Shown: positions 28,183-41,889 of the stretch, one piece after another
Layout: the number at the start of each line of letters is the position of its first letter
Numbering within the stretch: position 1 is the first letter of the stretch
Notes under the pieces: generated by a model
What the model was told of the DNA's origin: nothing
Databases searched by the model: none
What the model saw: only the letters and a program-made list of their open reading frames with translations
NCBI GenBank assembly: GCA_030141605.1
Contig: JAQGDQ010000195.1
Location: 124,001 to 188,000, forward strand
Reading direction: 5' to 3'
DNA length: 64,000 nucleotides
Origin: Tubiluchus corallicola
Lineage: Eukaryota; Animalia; Priapulida
Made by a program: the position numbers and the translations under genes

Positions 28183-28810
28183 TTAAAGCTAAAACGGACC
28201 CAATCTTAAACTGTAGGTCAAAACAATCTACTGTTTAAAATATTGAAAGGAAACACACTACTTTTTCAAAAATAACTTACGCGAAAGAATTATTATCACA
28301 CAAACACAATTTCGCGTTCGCGCCACTTGTCCTTCTGCGCGGTTACGTGCATTTTGCATTTTGCATTTTGCAGTTAGACGGGCACTAGCGCCTGCATTTC
28401 AGAAACGCATTGCACAAAAAACAGGTACTGTACCTCTCGGTTCACATGTGTTAGTTTGTGACGAACGACACATGTTCGTCAGCTCATGCGCGGGGCACAG
28501 TGGTATATTTGAAATTAGAATTTTTATCTTAAAACTTGCCTAGTTTTAGTACAACACACTGACTATCTTACAATAGCAATGTACTTCAAAAATTTTTCGC
28601 TTTCGCAAACACGCGCAACACGCTCATGGAATATTTTTGCTGTTGAATACTATGTTAATTTGTGATATAATCATCGTTAATTAAGATTTTAATTAGAATT
28701 TCAATTAATTTTATCAGAAACGTTTTTACAGGATTAATTGTGTTAAAATGTGTACTTTTTATCGGTCTTGAAAATTGGGTAGTATACGAAAAATGATCCT
28801 GTCTTCCTGT
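28183..28810. mobile_element. Kolobok-like non-autonomous element, family 1 copy
   Basis: ttaaagc start; reverse complement of the copy at 32079-32631 along its length. Confidence 0.75.
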
Positions 28811-30449
28811 CATCCTGTAATTCCAAACCTACTGCCAACCAGAAATCATTATTCTGATGTTGGATTTACATCAATCACTATACTTTTTAAATCTATTATT
28901 TATTTATTATTTTATTTTAAATTTATTTCATACATTTAAAGTACATAGCATTGTATAAAATTAAAAAACAGTCAGCTGTACTAATAAAATTGCGACAGAA
29001 ACTAATAAAATATTTGCATATGTACAAACACACACATCCAGGCACAAAACATAAAAGCACAAGACAGATAACTAAAAAATACAAAATACAGAAGCACAAA
29101 ATCCAATAAAAGTCACCATTAAATTAGTAAAAGATGTTGATTTCATAATGCAAAACAGAGTTTGTACCAGTTCGTCCAGATAACTTTATTGTGATATGCA
29201 GAGTAAACATACAATTTACGAATTATATTATAAGTAATTTCTAACGAGTCCACATATAAATGATCATGTTATCTTCGGTGAAATAACATCATAGTTAGGA
29301 ATATCAAAATTTTGCATCTTCCCGGAATTTTGAAGAGCTGACGAAATGCATTATTGTGAGCCACGTTTAAAAAACTGTAGCTGTATAAATGGTAGTTTGT
29401 TCAAAGGTAATTTAATTTTGTACGTTTTGTAGCCGTCTAGGAGCCAAGTGAGTCAAGTTCATTTGAAAAGCGGATGTATGCTTGAGTACGTTTTTAGGTG
29501 GAACAAACGCATTAATTAAGAATTGTGCTGTAGAGGGAAACTGTCTCTCAATGATAATAAATTATTTTCCAGCCTACATTATTTAACAACCTACTGTAAC
29601 CTTTTTTCTGTAAACAGCTAAAGTTTGGAGTTCGTGGCAGAAACTGTAAATAATGCAACAAAGCGTTTTTTGTAACTCTCATGGCGCCAATCCAAAATGA
29701 ATAAAACATTAGATACCTTATTCTGAGGCGCACGCTCTTTACATGAACCATGTATAATTAAACCGTAGTTATCGCTGTGGTTTATTTATTTTATTTTTAT
29801 TTATTTATTTAACTTATTTGTAGCTGACGCGTCATAGACAAACCGGCGCGCATGTGCAAGAGAATATTAGGTACCGTGTCTTTGTCTTTAGCATAAAGTT
29901 AGTCACCCATTCAAGCTATTATTCGTCTAGCATTATACAATTTAGACAGGGTTTTTCTATGCATCCAGTGTGTCTCATACATTTGTAATTTTTATGGGCT
30001 ATTATTACACTAATCCATACACATATCATGCGTGTCGCTATGGGTTAACAATGTGTGGAAGAATTAATATTTAAAGCGTCTTACATGATTTATAAAAGCT
30101 AGCAATGTAAATGGAAACGTACCATATTGATTGCACAATATTGTATACAAGTCACATGACCTATACATAAATAATACATCTATCGGTTCATTGTAGGTAA
30201 TGTTGAAACCTCTTTGCCATACGCTTAGCTTTCTTTTTAATGTGGACTGTTAATTTCATCAATAGAACCGGAAACCAGTTTTAGAAATGCCATCTTCCTC
30301 CTTTTCTCTCTATCCTGGTGTCTCATTCCCTCTTTTATATGTTTCCTTTCTCTTCCTCTCTCTCTTTCTTTCTCTCTCGCTTTTTCGCTTTGCCTCTCTC
30401 TCTCTCTGACTTACTCACATTCTCTTTCTCTCTCGTCATAATCACTGGG

Positions 30450-30525
30450 GATAAATAATCTAGTAGTCACGGCGCTTAATTTGTAATCCGAAAGTCCATG
30501 GTTCAAATCCAGGCTCATTGCAGAT
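30450..30525 (+). mobile_element. tRNA-derived SINE head / tRNA pseudogene
   Basis: B-box GGTTCAAATCC, anticodon-arm-like tttgtaat, degenerate A box (tctagtagt); acceptor stem does not pair. The upstream 30265-30370 segment recurs at 44545-44650. Confidence 0.5.
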
Positions 30526-30757
30526 TTTTTCACATTTCCTTTCTTCTGGATATGATTTGTTTCAAAATTTAATCATTGCGGGTTCATGACATTATTAATA
30601 AATGAATGTGAAATTATGATTAATGATAATTAGTGAACGTTTGTCTACCTTTCTGCATGTGTTTCACCCTGAGAGTTGTTCACAGTAGCAGACTTCTTAT
30701 TTTTTCAATGTGGACATTTAAAATGTTTTTAAAAAATAGCTGTAAAAGGAGTACACG

Positions 30758-31103
30758 CAGGGCTGGAATATCCTACAGACTAGTATAAACTGCATCCTAG
30801 GGCACCTCAAACTCTGACGGCCCATATCTTGCATTGCTGAATAATTCGTATAAGAGGCCATGAAGTCTAAAAATCCAATTTTAAAGTGTCTCCTCATCCC
30901 TGTTTGAGACATTTTATTTGAGACAAAGGGCCCTTATTTCAGATAAGGTCCCCTCTTTGAAGCCCTCTATTTGAAATATGGGGCCCCAGCTATACATATG
31001 TTGCTAAAATATATAACAAGTAAAAAAACGAAGAGTGGCTCCGTTTGTGGTGTCCCATAATTTCATTAGCTTAGGGGTCCCAAATGGTCATAATCCGCCC
31101 CTA
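30758..31103. mobile_element. hAT-type MITE with 8-bp TSD (related copies ~33509-33760 and ~38042-38380)
   Basis: Ends cagggctgga / tccgccccta; flanks AGTACACG / AGTACATG; shared cccataatttcattagc and ctagtata motifs. Confidence 0.8.
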
Positions 31104-31269
31104 AGTACATGGTTAGAAATGTGATACGTGTAAGTTAAACCCAGACCTCGACAATTATCCTTACTATTTTTACATAATCACACAGATTTTTTTTCATGAG
31201 TGTCAATTTTTCCTGTAGAAACAGTACATGAAAGCTCCTGCAAGTTGAGTGCTAAAAATTATGTGTTTG

Positions 31270-31447
31270 TTTGCAAGATTTAATGCAAACAAAATCTTAA
31301 ATATTGCGCGCAAATCTTGAAAACTGTACGCATCTTCTCGAAAGTTGCCTGTAAGATCATATAAGTTGCATGCAAGATCTTGGAATTTGTACCCAACATC
31401 TTAAAAATTACAGGCGATGTCTTAACTGCTGTACATAAGATCTTGAG
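31270..31447. repeat. Degenerate ~21-bp tandem repeat (caagatctt...)
   Basis: About 9 units with a recurring aagatctt/aaatctt core. Confidence 0.65.
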
Positions 31448-32078
31448 TGACATCTTATGCCAGAATCCAGGTTGAAAAGTGATGATTATATCGCAAGAGA
31501 TCCCCTTGAGGGAGGCAAGACAGGTGAAGACAGTGCTATGAGTAACTTTTGCAATAATTTAAAGCTAAGAAACCACCTGTGCCAGGCGTGATAAATAGAG
31601 CCCAATACAATGACAAGTGAACATTCCCTAGAGCCTGAGATACAAGAAATCAGGCAATTGTTGAGTTATAACTTGTAAGAGACATATTGCAAAAAGTTCG
31701 TGCAGCAGTAATTCTCTAATCAGCTTCTCTGTTTGTTCCATTCTAGGATTTAATTTACCGTTTGTTAAAAACTTGTATAACTACTCCACATTTGATAATT
31801 CGAATTTGAAGATAGTTTTAAAAGATATCAGTAAATCCGAATATATTCTTGATAATAATAAAATGAATACTGTGCACTTTTTATTAGGCAGTTTGGATGC
31901 CAATGAAATTAAAACCTTCAGATTTTCAAGTACGATATACTTGAATATATAACTACTGTCTGATTTTAATGTACTAGTACATTTCATTCTTTTTCTAGAC
32001 GTTGGAGAATCGAAAGTGCAATGGTCAAAGTTAATCCATCAATTTTTGCTTGTGCAGTTTATATAAAGTTTTCATTGC

Positions 32079-32631
32079 TTAAAGGAAGACAGGATGATTT
32101 TTCACATACTACCCCATTTTCAAGTACGGTAAAAAGTATACAGTTTCACACCAATAATACTGCAAACGCGTTTCTGATAATTAAATCATATCATCACGAG
32201 CGTGTTGCGCGTGCTTGCGAAAGTGAAAATTGAAGTACAGTGGTACTGTAAGGTATTCAGTGCGTTGTAATGAAACTAAGCAAGTTTTAAGATAACAATT
32301 CAGATTGCAAATTTACCGCTGTGCTCACGCATGAACTGTCGAACGTGGTGCAGTTCGTCACAAACTAACACATCTGAACTGAGACGTACAGCACCTATTT
32401 TTTATGAATTTCTGAAATGTGCCCGTCTTGCGAATGGCGAAATGCTAGTGCCCGTCTTGCGAATGGCGAAATGCATGTAACAGCAAAGAACTAATGGTGC
32501 GAACGCGAAATTGCGTTGGTGTCATAATAATTCTTTTACGTAAGTTATTCTTTGAAAAGTAGTATGTTTCCTTTCAATATTTTAAAAAATGGGTTGTTTT
32601 GGCCTACAGTTTGGTTTCGGTTTTGCTTTAA
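32079..32631. mobile_element. Kolobok-like non-autonomous element, family 1, complete copy with TTAA at both ends
   Basis: TTAA-aggaagac ... ttttgct-TTAA; homologous to copies at 11.8, 18.6, 28.2 and 38.7 kb. Confidence 0.8.
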
Positions 32632-34321
32632 ATTTTAGTTTCCTGTTCCTTTGGAACCGTTGTGTCCATTCTTGTTTTTGTATGTGATACGAGTTTGTTA
32701 CAATAAGGCTGTTATTCCGTTCTTTTTTGTACTAATTCACTAACGTGATTGTATTGTTTGGACAAATCACATACGAATAAATGGTAAATAAATAAATAAA
32801 ATACAACAGGATAGGTGTATTACTCTTAAAATGAAGAAACGAGGAGCTTACCTGCAAGGTGTCATTTTACCTAAGTGAAAACTGTTTTTGAGAAATTTCA
32901 ATTTTTCGTTATTCCAAAAATGTTGAGGATGTAGTTTACATGTACTTTATAAATTTTTAGGTCAACTGAAATCTGTTTGCTTATTTTTGAATTTTTCATT
33001 GAATCTTATTGCTGAAAAAGTTAAAAATAATTTAAGATATTATGACATTTTGTAAATCATTTTTGAAAATGTTTGCAATGCACTTCACTTTATTTTACTT
33101 GGTGAAATTATCATATCATATCTACAGTGTATCTTGATTGTCATGGTAATTGTAAAAATAATGAACTTGAACTCGTTTTGTTTAATTTAAATTAATTTCA
33201 TTGAAACGTAGAGCAAAATTTCAAAAGCTAATTCGACACATGAAGTGACGAATCACATGAGCACATTGTCTAATCACGTGACCTTGCCTGGCCATTCAGT
33301 ATCATTGGTTGAAGAATATGACATTTTGCAAGTACCCATATTTCTAAGATTTCGCGCTTTGCAATGACTAGCATTTCTAGGCTTATCTCTTCACGAAATA
33401 CGACACGCTGCTGCTACCCAGTATTATATTAAGAATTCAGCAGAGAAAAATTAGCATGGGGGGGGGGGGGTGCAAACTTGCATTTTCTTAAAATTTGTAT
33501 ATATGATCAGGGCTTGATTATAATCTTTTGGGACCCTAGGCTAATGAAATAATGAGCCCCGTATTCTTTAAAAAAACTAAAAAAGCAATCTTTTGTTTAT
33601 ATTCTTTAAAAAATACAACTATTGGCAATTTTCGCAAACCAAATTAGTACATATTTCAACACAACCATTGTCAAAAAACACATTTTTTTTGCCAAATGTT
33701 ACCTAAGCTTAAGTGACCCTAGACTGTAGCCTATACTAGCCTGTAAGATAATTCTGGTGATTTGCAGGTAAACTCTTAAAATGATGACTGCAATTAATTA
33801 TATAATAGAAATTGTTTTTCATTACATGTAATTACTGCCATAAGGAACTAATATAGCCAGTGTATTAGTGGAAAAACATTACACATAACGTATCTACCGA
33901 TGTAGCAGTATAGTGGGTATTCCACGAAACAGCCCTCAATAACATGGAGTCAGATTCTTTATTTAAACGAAGAAACAGTCGGAAAATAGCAAGGCGTATC
34001 ACGTGGCACGCATTCTGTGACTACGTGTGGCTACAAAAATTAATACCTGTTCCTCCATCTATCAGGCCTGACAAATTTCCTGCAGTAAAGCAAAATGCGA
34101 ACTGCATACTTTATAATCATAAGTTACGTAATACCAGGTTGCACAGTAGAGTGCTAATGATAAACAATATATTTTGGTTATATTAAACAAAACTTTGCAT
34201 TTTACTTAAAGTATCGCAAAAGATAGGCCTACTCGCGATCCTAAAGGACATAGTCAGATTTAGTACTGTTATTCCACTCACTATATTATTTTCTAGAAAA
34301 ATTATTTCTAGTGCATGAAAG

Positions 34322-35530
34322 TTGGTGACTTCTCCTTGATCAGTGAGAATGGTCATTTGTTATACTGATGGCTTCTCCTTGATCGGTGATGATACTGAAT
34401 GGTTAAATTGGTGGCTTCTCCATGATCAGTGAGGATGGTCATTTATTATAGGCCTACTGATGATTCTCTTTGATAGCTTATGATACTAAATTGTTAAATT
34501 AGTGTTTTTTCCTTGATCGGCGAGGTTGATCAGTTGTTACTTTAGTGGCTTCTCCTTGATCAGTGATGATGCTAAAACGTTAAATTGGTAGCTTTTCCTT
34601 GATCAGTGAGAATGGTCTTTTGTTATATTGATGGCTTCTCCTTGATCGGTGATGATGCTAAATGGTGGCTTTATCCTTGATCGGCGAGGATGGTCAATTG
34701 TTGTGTTGCTGGCTTTTCCTTAATCAGTGAGGATGTTCATTTGTTACATTGGTGGCTTCTCCTTGATCGATGAGTGAATTGGTCAAGTTAGTGTCTTCTC
34801 CACGGTTGGTGATGAGTGTGACTTGGTGGCATTGGTCACTTCTTTTTGGTTGGTGAGGAAGGTGACTTAGCTACATTGCTAAAACCGCCTTGCCTGGTGA
34901 GGATGGTGACTTGCCTTCATTGGTAAGATCGCCTTGCCTTGTGAGGATGGTGACTTGCCTTCATTGGTAAGACCGTACTGATTGGTGCAGATGGGGACTT
35001 GGCTTCATTGATAAGACCGCATTGATTGGTGAGGATGGTGACTTGCCTTCATTGGTAAGATCGCCTTGCCTTGTGAGGATGGTGACTTGCCTTCATTGGT
35101 AAGACCGTACTGATTGGTGCGGATGGGGACTTGGCTTCATTGATAAGACCGCATTGATTGGTGAGGATGGTGACTTGCCTTCATTGGTAAGATCGCCTTG
35201 CCTTGTGAGGATGGTGACTTGCCTTCATTGGTAAGATCGCCTTGCCTTGTGAGGATGGCGACTTGCCTTCATTGGTAAGATCGCCTTGCCTTGTGAGGAT
35301 GGTGACTTGCCTTCATTGGTAAGATCGCCTTGCCTTGTAAGGATGGTTGCCTTCATTGGTAAGACCGTATTGATTGGTGCGGATGGGGACTTGGCTTCAT
35401 TGATAAGACCGCATTGATTGGTGAGGATGGTGACTTGCCTTCGTTGGTAAGACAGCATTGATTGGTGAGGATGGTGACTTGCATTCATTGGTAAGACCGC
35501 TTTGACTGGTGAAGATGGTGACTTGGCTTC
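34322..35530. repeat. 43/44-bp minisatellite with higher-order structure
   Basis: Left part: 43-bp units (tctccttgatcagtga...). Right part: 44-bp units (ggatggtgacttgccttcattggtaaga...). Confidence 0.93.
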
Positions 35531-38500
35531 ATTATAAATTTCTTTTCGATTAGTAAGGATATCGCCTTCGGTTGCACTGCTGACTTCTTGATTTGTGAGG
35601 CGAAAAGAGTTACCTAATGCTAACCGTTGTGGCAGAACTAGAATCTAATAAGGATAATTTTCTATTGTAAGTCGCTGAACCATCAGAATTTTCCTGGCCG
35701 TATACGGAATATAGATTTTCCTCTAAGGAGGTAGCTGTTTGACAAGCGAAACCACAAAGGCTGAATTTTTCTTGGATGTTGTAATTATAGTTCGACTATC
35801 AAGTTACTCATAAAATGTTTAAATGTTGAATTTCTCACGTTTTCTGAACTATTACTCAGATTGGATAACACCTCCAAATAATGCCTGCTAAACTTTATTC
35901 GGCAAGAACACAAACTAAATGAGAAATAGTAAATTATGTTAATTACAGAACGGATTCGAAAATAATCTTTCTCATATTACTCATTATGCAGTATAGCTCG
36001 AAATTTAGTGTATAGCTATTGAGCAGATGAGTTGATTTCTGGGGAGCGGGGATGATGAAAGAGTTTATCATACTGTCATCCCTTCTGTATTCTATAAAGT
36101 GTTTTAAGAGAACAGCGCACCAAAAACATGCTGATATGTTGAAAAGAATCGATGAAATCATGTTACCATGGACTTCAGCATTGTGACATCATAATGACGT
36201 AAAATAGAACCATATTTGTGTAATACCAGATCTCCCAGTTTGTTTTTGTACATTATAGAATAAGCACATTGCTACTGCAATGTTTTTTTTCTGGAACAAC
36301 ATGTATTTGCAAATGCGCACGGTTCTTGTATATATGACGTTGCTGTCAAAATAAGTAATAATTCGACCTAACTTGATCTAATGACGCTGTTTCTTAACAA
36401 CCCAAATAATAAATCCATAGGTTCCTTTATCGATTTTATCCTAACTGATGCTGCTTTATTATAGTCAAAAGTCGTGTATTTTGTATTTTAAACACCCCCT
36501 ATCACCCCCCCAAACATGTCAGATTTTTCCCACTTCCACAAAACATGGACATAGGTAATTATGCAACATTCTAACACTTCGTACGAAAGATACAGTAGTC
36601 TTTGCATTCTTCGCGGCCATCTTGGATATTTTAAAGCAATACTGAATTCGCAACTTAGCTGCTGCCTTCTTTGATATCCAAAGCATGGATGCGGGTACTT
36701 TTTGGGCTGACTTCGATGCTTGGTCACGGTGTTATACATTATATAGGTCTGTGCAAATGCATTACTCCACGTTAAAATCTAAGATGGCTGCCACAATTCT
36801 GTATAGTTTGGCACTAAATCAGAAATTGAAGTATATTTGAATGTGTCCCAAATGTTATCAATGTGTTTTTATCACATAATACAAGATTATTGCACATTTT
36901 GGAATCACCCATATCAAATTGTGTGCGAATTAGTAATTACTAATGTCTATTTATTAGGCGTTTTTGATAAAAATTACATTGTGTATTTATATGATCTGTT
37001 CCATTGCACATGTATGATATTTTGAGTGCAAGATTTTTATGTTTGCAATACGCATGTATATATGATGATACTCCCATCACTAATGTAAATATTATTATCA
37101 GTATCGACGTACAAAAGTACGAACTACGTTCTACATCCAGTCACCTAGCAAACATCTCGCCGCTGAGTGGCTGATCTCAACCAGCGAATAAGAGAGCGAC
37201 ACATTCTCGTACAGGTAACATGGGCGTTCTCCTTCACTAATCATTTATCTACCTCACCTGTGCGCGCGTAATGAAAAGGAGACAGCAAAAATGGGGATCA
37301 CGTGCTCACTAATGCTACATAACATTAGAAGCCTGGATATGACAACAGACTGTTATTCATACGTCGTTGCTTTTAGCGTTATTGACAAGTGCAGTGTATT
37401 TATAATTGCGCATTGTGTTAGCACGTTGATGGCAGGTAGAGTTTTATAAACTCTGCACAGGTGAATAGTAAAGGCAACTGGCACTTTGCACGGCAGTTAT
37501 ACAATTATAACCAATGTGTGCACTCAGTGTGTTTCATATAGCACTATCATCAAACAAACCTTTGCTCTTACTTAATCTTGATAAACAGCATCAAAATCTT
37601 TGTGTCATGAGTTTTGAGATATACAACGCAGAACCGGACTGAACAATTTGGAGACAAAAATTCGTTTTCTTGTTCAAAAAAGGTAACAATTGATTAGTTT
37701 TTGTGTGTGAACTCTTGCTAGTTTGTGCAAAGTGAACTGTTATTTATAGCTGGATTGTTTATTTTTAATGTTTACCATGCGTAAGTAAACACAAATTGTT
37801 CTCAGTTCTTGCATAGTCAAGGCAAAGTTTATTGCATTCCAGCCTTCGCTGAAATTACAATTCAATAGCGCTATAAAGCAACGATGAATTCTTTCAAGGT
37901 CGTTTAACTGTCAGTCTGGAAAAACCTGTTTTCGTCGTTTCACAAATGCATTTTTTTTCTTTCAAACATCTTTTACGAAAAGCGTTTTTACCAAATTCGC
38001 GTTTTTTCTGCAAATATACTTTTGCTAACAAAACGCCACGAGCAGTGCGGTAGTCGTATAGGCTAGTATAGGTTACAGCATAGGGCCACGCAAACCTGTG
38101 TAACATTTGGTAAAAATCTGTTTTTTTCACTATGGTTGTGTTTAAATATGTGCTAATTTAGCTTGTAATAAATAGTAAAATAGTGGTACTTGCTAAAGAA
38201 TGTTTTTATTGATAAACACAAGATGGCTATTCTAGATTATGTAAAGAATTTGCAGTAACTGTATGTAAATGTTGCTAAAATATGCAGACGGGTGCGGACA
38301 AGTTAGACAGTAACTCCGTCTGAGTGAAGACCCATAATTTCATTAGCCTGGGGGCCCTAAAAGGTCATAATTCGACCATGCCTACGACTGTACGATTTTG
38401 TTTGCAGTTTTAACACGAACCTGTCAGTTTCTGTAATGTTCTTGGCTGATTTTAAACTTTTTATCTGTGTTGAATAAATTAATGAGCTTCGCCACACAGT

Positions 38501-38690
38501 GTCTAACTAGGATTCATCATTCTTTTCTCGGTTATGCTGTTCACTTTAATGTTTTGCATTCTGGTCGATACGATTTAGCGAAAACGTAAAAGCGTCACTG
38601 AAACAGCTGCGTAGTTCAAAATCTACTGTTCTTAAGCCTGCTAAGGTTAATATGAGTTCATGAGGGTTTTTATTCCTGCTTCCAAAAATC

Positions 38691-40032
38691 CTAAAGGAAA
38701 ACAGGATGATTTTTCATATACTAACCCATTTTGAAGTTCAATGAAATACATATATATTTAACACATATGATAATGCCAAAGTGTTATCTTATCTTATCTT
38801 ATCTTATCTTATCTTATCTTATCTTATCTTATCTTATCTTATCTTATCTTATCTTATCTTATCTTATCTTATCTTATCTTATCTTATCTTATCATATCTT
38901 ATCTTATCTTATCTTATCTTATCTTATCTTATCTTATCTTATCTTATCTTATCTTATCTTATCTTATCTTATCTTATCTTATCTTATCTTATCTTATCTC
39001 ATCTTATCTCATCTTATCTCATCTTATCTCATCTTATCTCATCTTATCTCATCTTATCTCATCTTATCTCATCTTATCTCATCTTATCTCATCTCATCTC
39101 ATCTCATCATATCTCATCATATCTCATCTTATCATATCTTATCTCATCTTATCTCATCTTATCTCATCATATCTTATCTTATCTTATCTTATCTCATCAT
39201 ATCTCATCTTATCATATCTTATCTCATCTTATCTCATCTTATCTCATCTTATCTCATCTTATCTCATCTTATCTTATCTTATCTTATCTTATCTTATCTT
39301 ATCTTGGCTCATCTCATTTCTTGGCTTGGCGTGTCTTTTCTTGTCTTGTCTTGTCTTGTCTTGTCTTGTCTTGTCTTGTCTTGTCTTGTCTTGTCTTGTT
39401 TTGCCTTGCCTTGTCTTGTCTTGTCTTGTCTTGTCTTGTCTTGTCCTGTCCTGTCCTGTCCTGTCCTGTCCTGTCCTGTCCTGTCCTGTCCTGTCCTGTC
39501 CTGTCCTGTCCTGTGCTGTCCTGTCCTGTCCTGTCCTGTCCTGTCATGTCCTATCCTATCCTATCCTATCCTATCCTATCCTATCCTATCCTATCCTATC
39601 CTATCCTATCCTATCCTATCCTATCCTATCTGATGTTATCTCATCTTATGCTACTGTGATACGTAATACTGTTATACAACATTCACTGTGATACGCAATA
39701 ACTAGGAAAATTTTAAGTTTAAAAATTTAAATTTCACGTTCACTGCTATGTTCACGCATGAGTCACTCGAACTTGTGCGATACATCACAACTGAACGCAT
39801 CGATACTGGGAGATACAGCGCCTGCTTTTTGAGCAACTCGTTTGCGAGATGCAGGCACTAATGGTTATCTAACTAGCGAACGGCGAAATACGAAAATGCG
39901 AAACTAGTATCTTGCGGTAATAATTCTCTCATATAAGTCATTCACTATTTAAAAATAGTGTGTTCCCTTTAATATCTTGCAGATTAAACTATTTTGAGCT
40001 AGAGTTTCAGATTGGGTCCGATTTTCCTTTAA
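38691..40032. mobile_element. Kolobok-like element, family 1 copy, interrupted by a microsatellite
   Basis: Left end aaaggaaaacaggatgatttttca matches the 32079 copy; right part resumes at ~39655 and ends ttcctttaa. Confidence 0.75.
38785..39650. repeat. Compound pentanucleotide microsatellite (ATCTT/ATCTC/GTCTT/GTCCT/ATCCT)
   Basis: Directly visible, ~170 units. Confidence 0.98.
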
Positions 40033-40655
40033 TTGGCATCTCATAGTTACGTAAGAATACCATGTTAGAACTAAAAGTAAAGATTTTTCCTTGGTGTTTT
40101 TGCTTTAATTATCATTTTGCTCGTTTTTTATTTCTGATTTGGCTAGTTATTTGAATCTCCTTCAATTATGCCAATTTCGTGTGTCTTTTTCTTATTTCAA
40201 AATATGTATTTGTTTTCTTAGGTCGCTTTTAAAAGTTTGCCTTCTATGTGCCTTTTTAAATTTCCTTTCGTGAAAGGAGGGAAGGAATGAGCGTGTGGGT
40301 CTGTTGTTTTGGACACCCGTTCTTCTCAAAACGAGTTTTTTACCTCTTTTTAAAATTAATGTTATGTGGCTTCTTTAGGTATCTACCTGTTTGAATGTTT
40401 GTAGGCCACCTATGAGAAACCAAAATACCGAGGCTATTTCAGTTAAATCTTCAAAAATAATGTAACATTACAGGCCTGTTTGTATCATTTTCAAAGCCTG
40501 ACAGTGTTGGTGTAAAGCCCGTGATAACAGCATGCACGTGTTCTTTTAGAAAGCTTACATGCTGTTTTCATTTTCTTGAATTTGAAAACTGTCGAACCCC
40601 AAAAATGCCAGCCAATTTCGCACAATGTGGTCTCTTCTAGGGAAGAGAAGACTAA

Positions 40656-41026
40656 ATGTCAAGCGACATAAGCAAAACAGATGCCCTCGTTGCAGTTTCA
40701 GCGGTCAGCGAAACCAACATTTTTGAACGTATGAAAGTTTACTGCAAAGCATCGGCCAGAGAAAGACGCAAGAACATGCCAATAGAAGATGACGCCATAA
40801 AAACTGCGCAGAGTGAAAAACTACCGAAAAGAACAGTCACCGTCAGTCCTGACGACAGTGAACTTCGAAGAATTTCAGAAAGCAGCAGCCCTGTGGTTTA
40901 CGTGGAGAGGAACCCCGCCATTGAAGAGAAGCTGGAACAATTTCGACTTCTCCAACAGAAACAGAAGTCGCTCTCTATCCAAACGTCAAGAGAAACCGAC
41001 AACACATCATCAACAGTTTTAGCAGA
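40656..41026 (+). CDS. First coding exon of a ~2,252-aa MYND-finger protein gene
   Basis: ATG at 40656 preceded by an in-frame TAA (40653-55) and an acceptor tctcttctag (AG 40639-40). Donor GA|GTACGT at 41027; phase 2 joins exon 2 to give GAA. Confidence 0.75.
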
Positions 41027-41889
41027 GTACGTTATAATTAATATTTAAATAAAATCAATAAATACAGGTGTCACATAATAATAATAATAAGCTCTCCAGC
41101 GCGGAGTTACACTAAATCATAATTATAATAACGTATGAGTAATAACAATGAATGTATTTATTAACATGTAATGATTGATTATGGTGTCTTGACAACTGTA
41201 GCTACAGCTATGACACACGTAATGACACCATGGCAGAAACTACATTTATCACGACACAATAGACCAAACAGCCGCGTTTAACCAGGTTAGAAAACGATCG
41301 AAAAACTCCTTCACGCCAGTTTAGTGTTTACGGAATGACCATAGGCCGTAAACGCACGCTGGACAGTGACCAGCGAACAGTTACGGTTAAATCTTGGCAT
41401 TAAATGTGCACGTCTATCAAAATTCGACCCGAAATACATTAACTGATTTAGGCGTTATGTTTAATTAACCTGGTTTTAATTCCATCTTTCTTTATAGCAC
41501 AACTTTCCTAAGTATGTTTTATGTTTTCGCTTGACGCATACTTGGTGCCATTTCGGCGTGGAATACGGTTTACCGTTACGGTAATTAATGGTGTCCGTCA
41601 CGGCCATTAAAATTAGCCTTCATGTTGTTGACGATTAACGTAACTTGCCTGAATGTAGCAACTTGTAGGTCAACGTATGAAAGGATTAATAATAACAATC
41701 TGGCAAAACACATATGATGTCTCTATGGAAAACAAACTGCTTGTTAGTACTACAGCTATTTAAATTGCAGTCATAGTTTAAATGCCGCGCATGCGCAGAG
41801 AGAAAGAGAGATTGCTAACCTACTTTAAGATCAATACTTCAAAAGTCAGTTACTCAAGACCTGTTTTTCCCTTAATGAATCCATTGCAG

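Noticed and set aside
30450-30525. Functional tRNA gene
   Set aside because: Acceptor and D stems do not pair; treated as a SINE head/pseudogene.
36780-36825. TTTGGCACTA match to the miR-96 seed region
   Set aside because: The 3' part diverges and the hairpin is too weak.
37809-37830. TTGCATAGTCA match to the miR-153 5' end
   Set aside because: Match stops after 11 nt and there is no complementary arm for a pre-miRNA hairpin.
38731-39691. 300-aa SYLIL ORFs
   Set aside because: Pentamer microsatellite translations.
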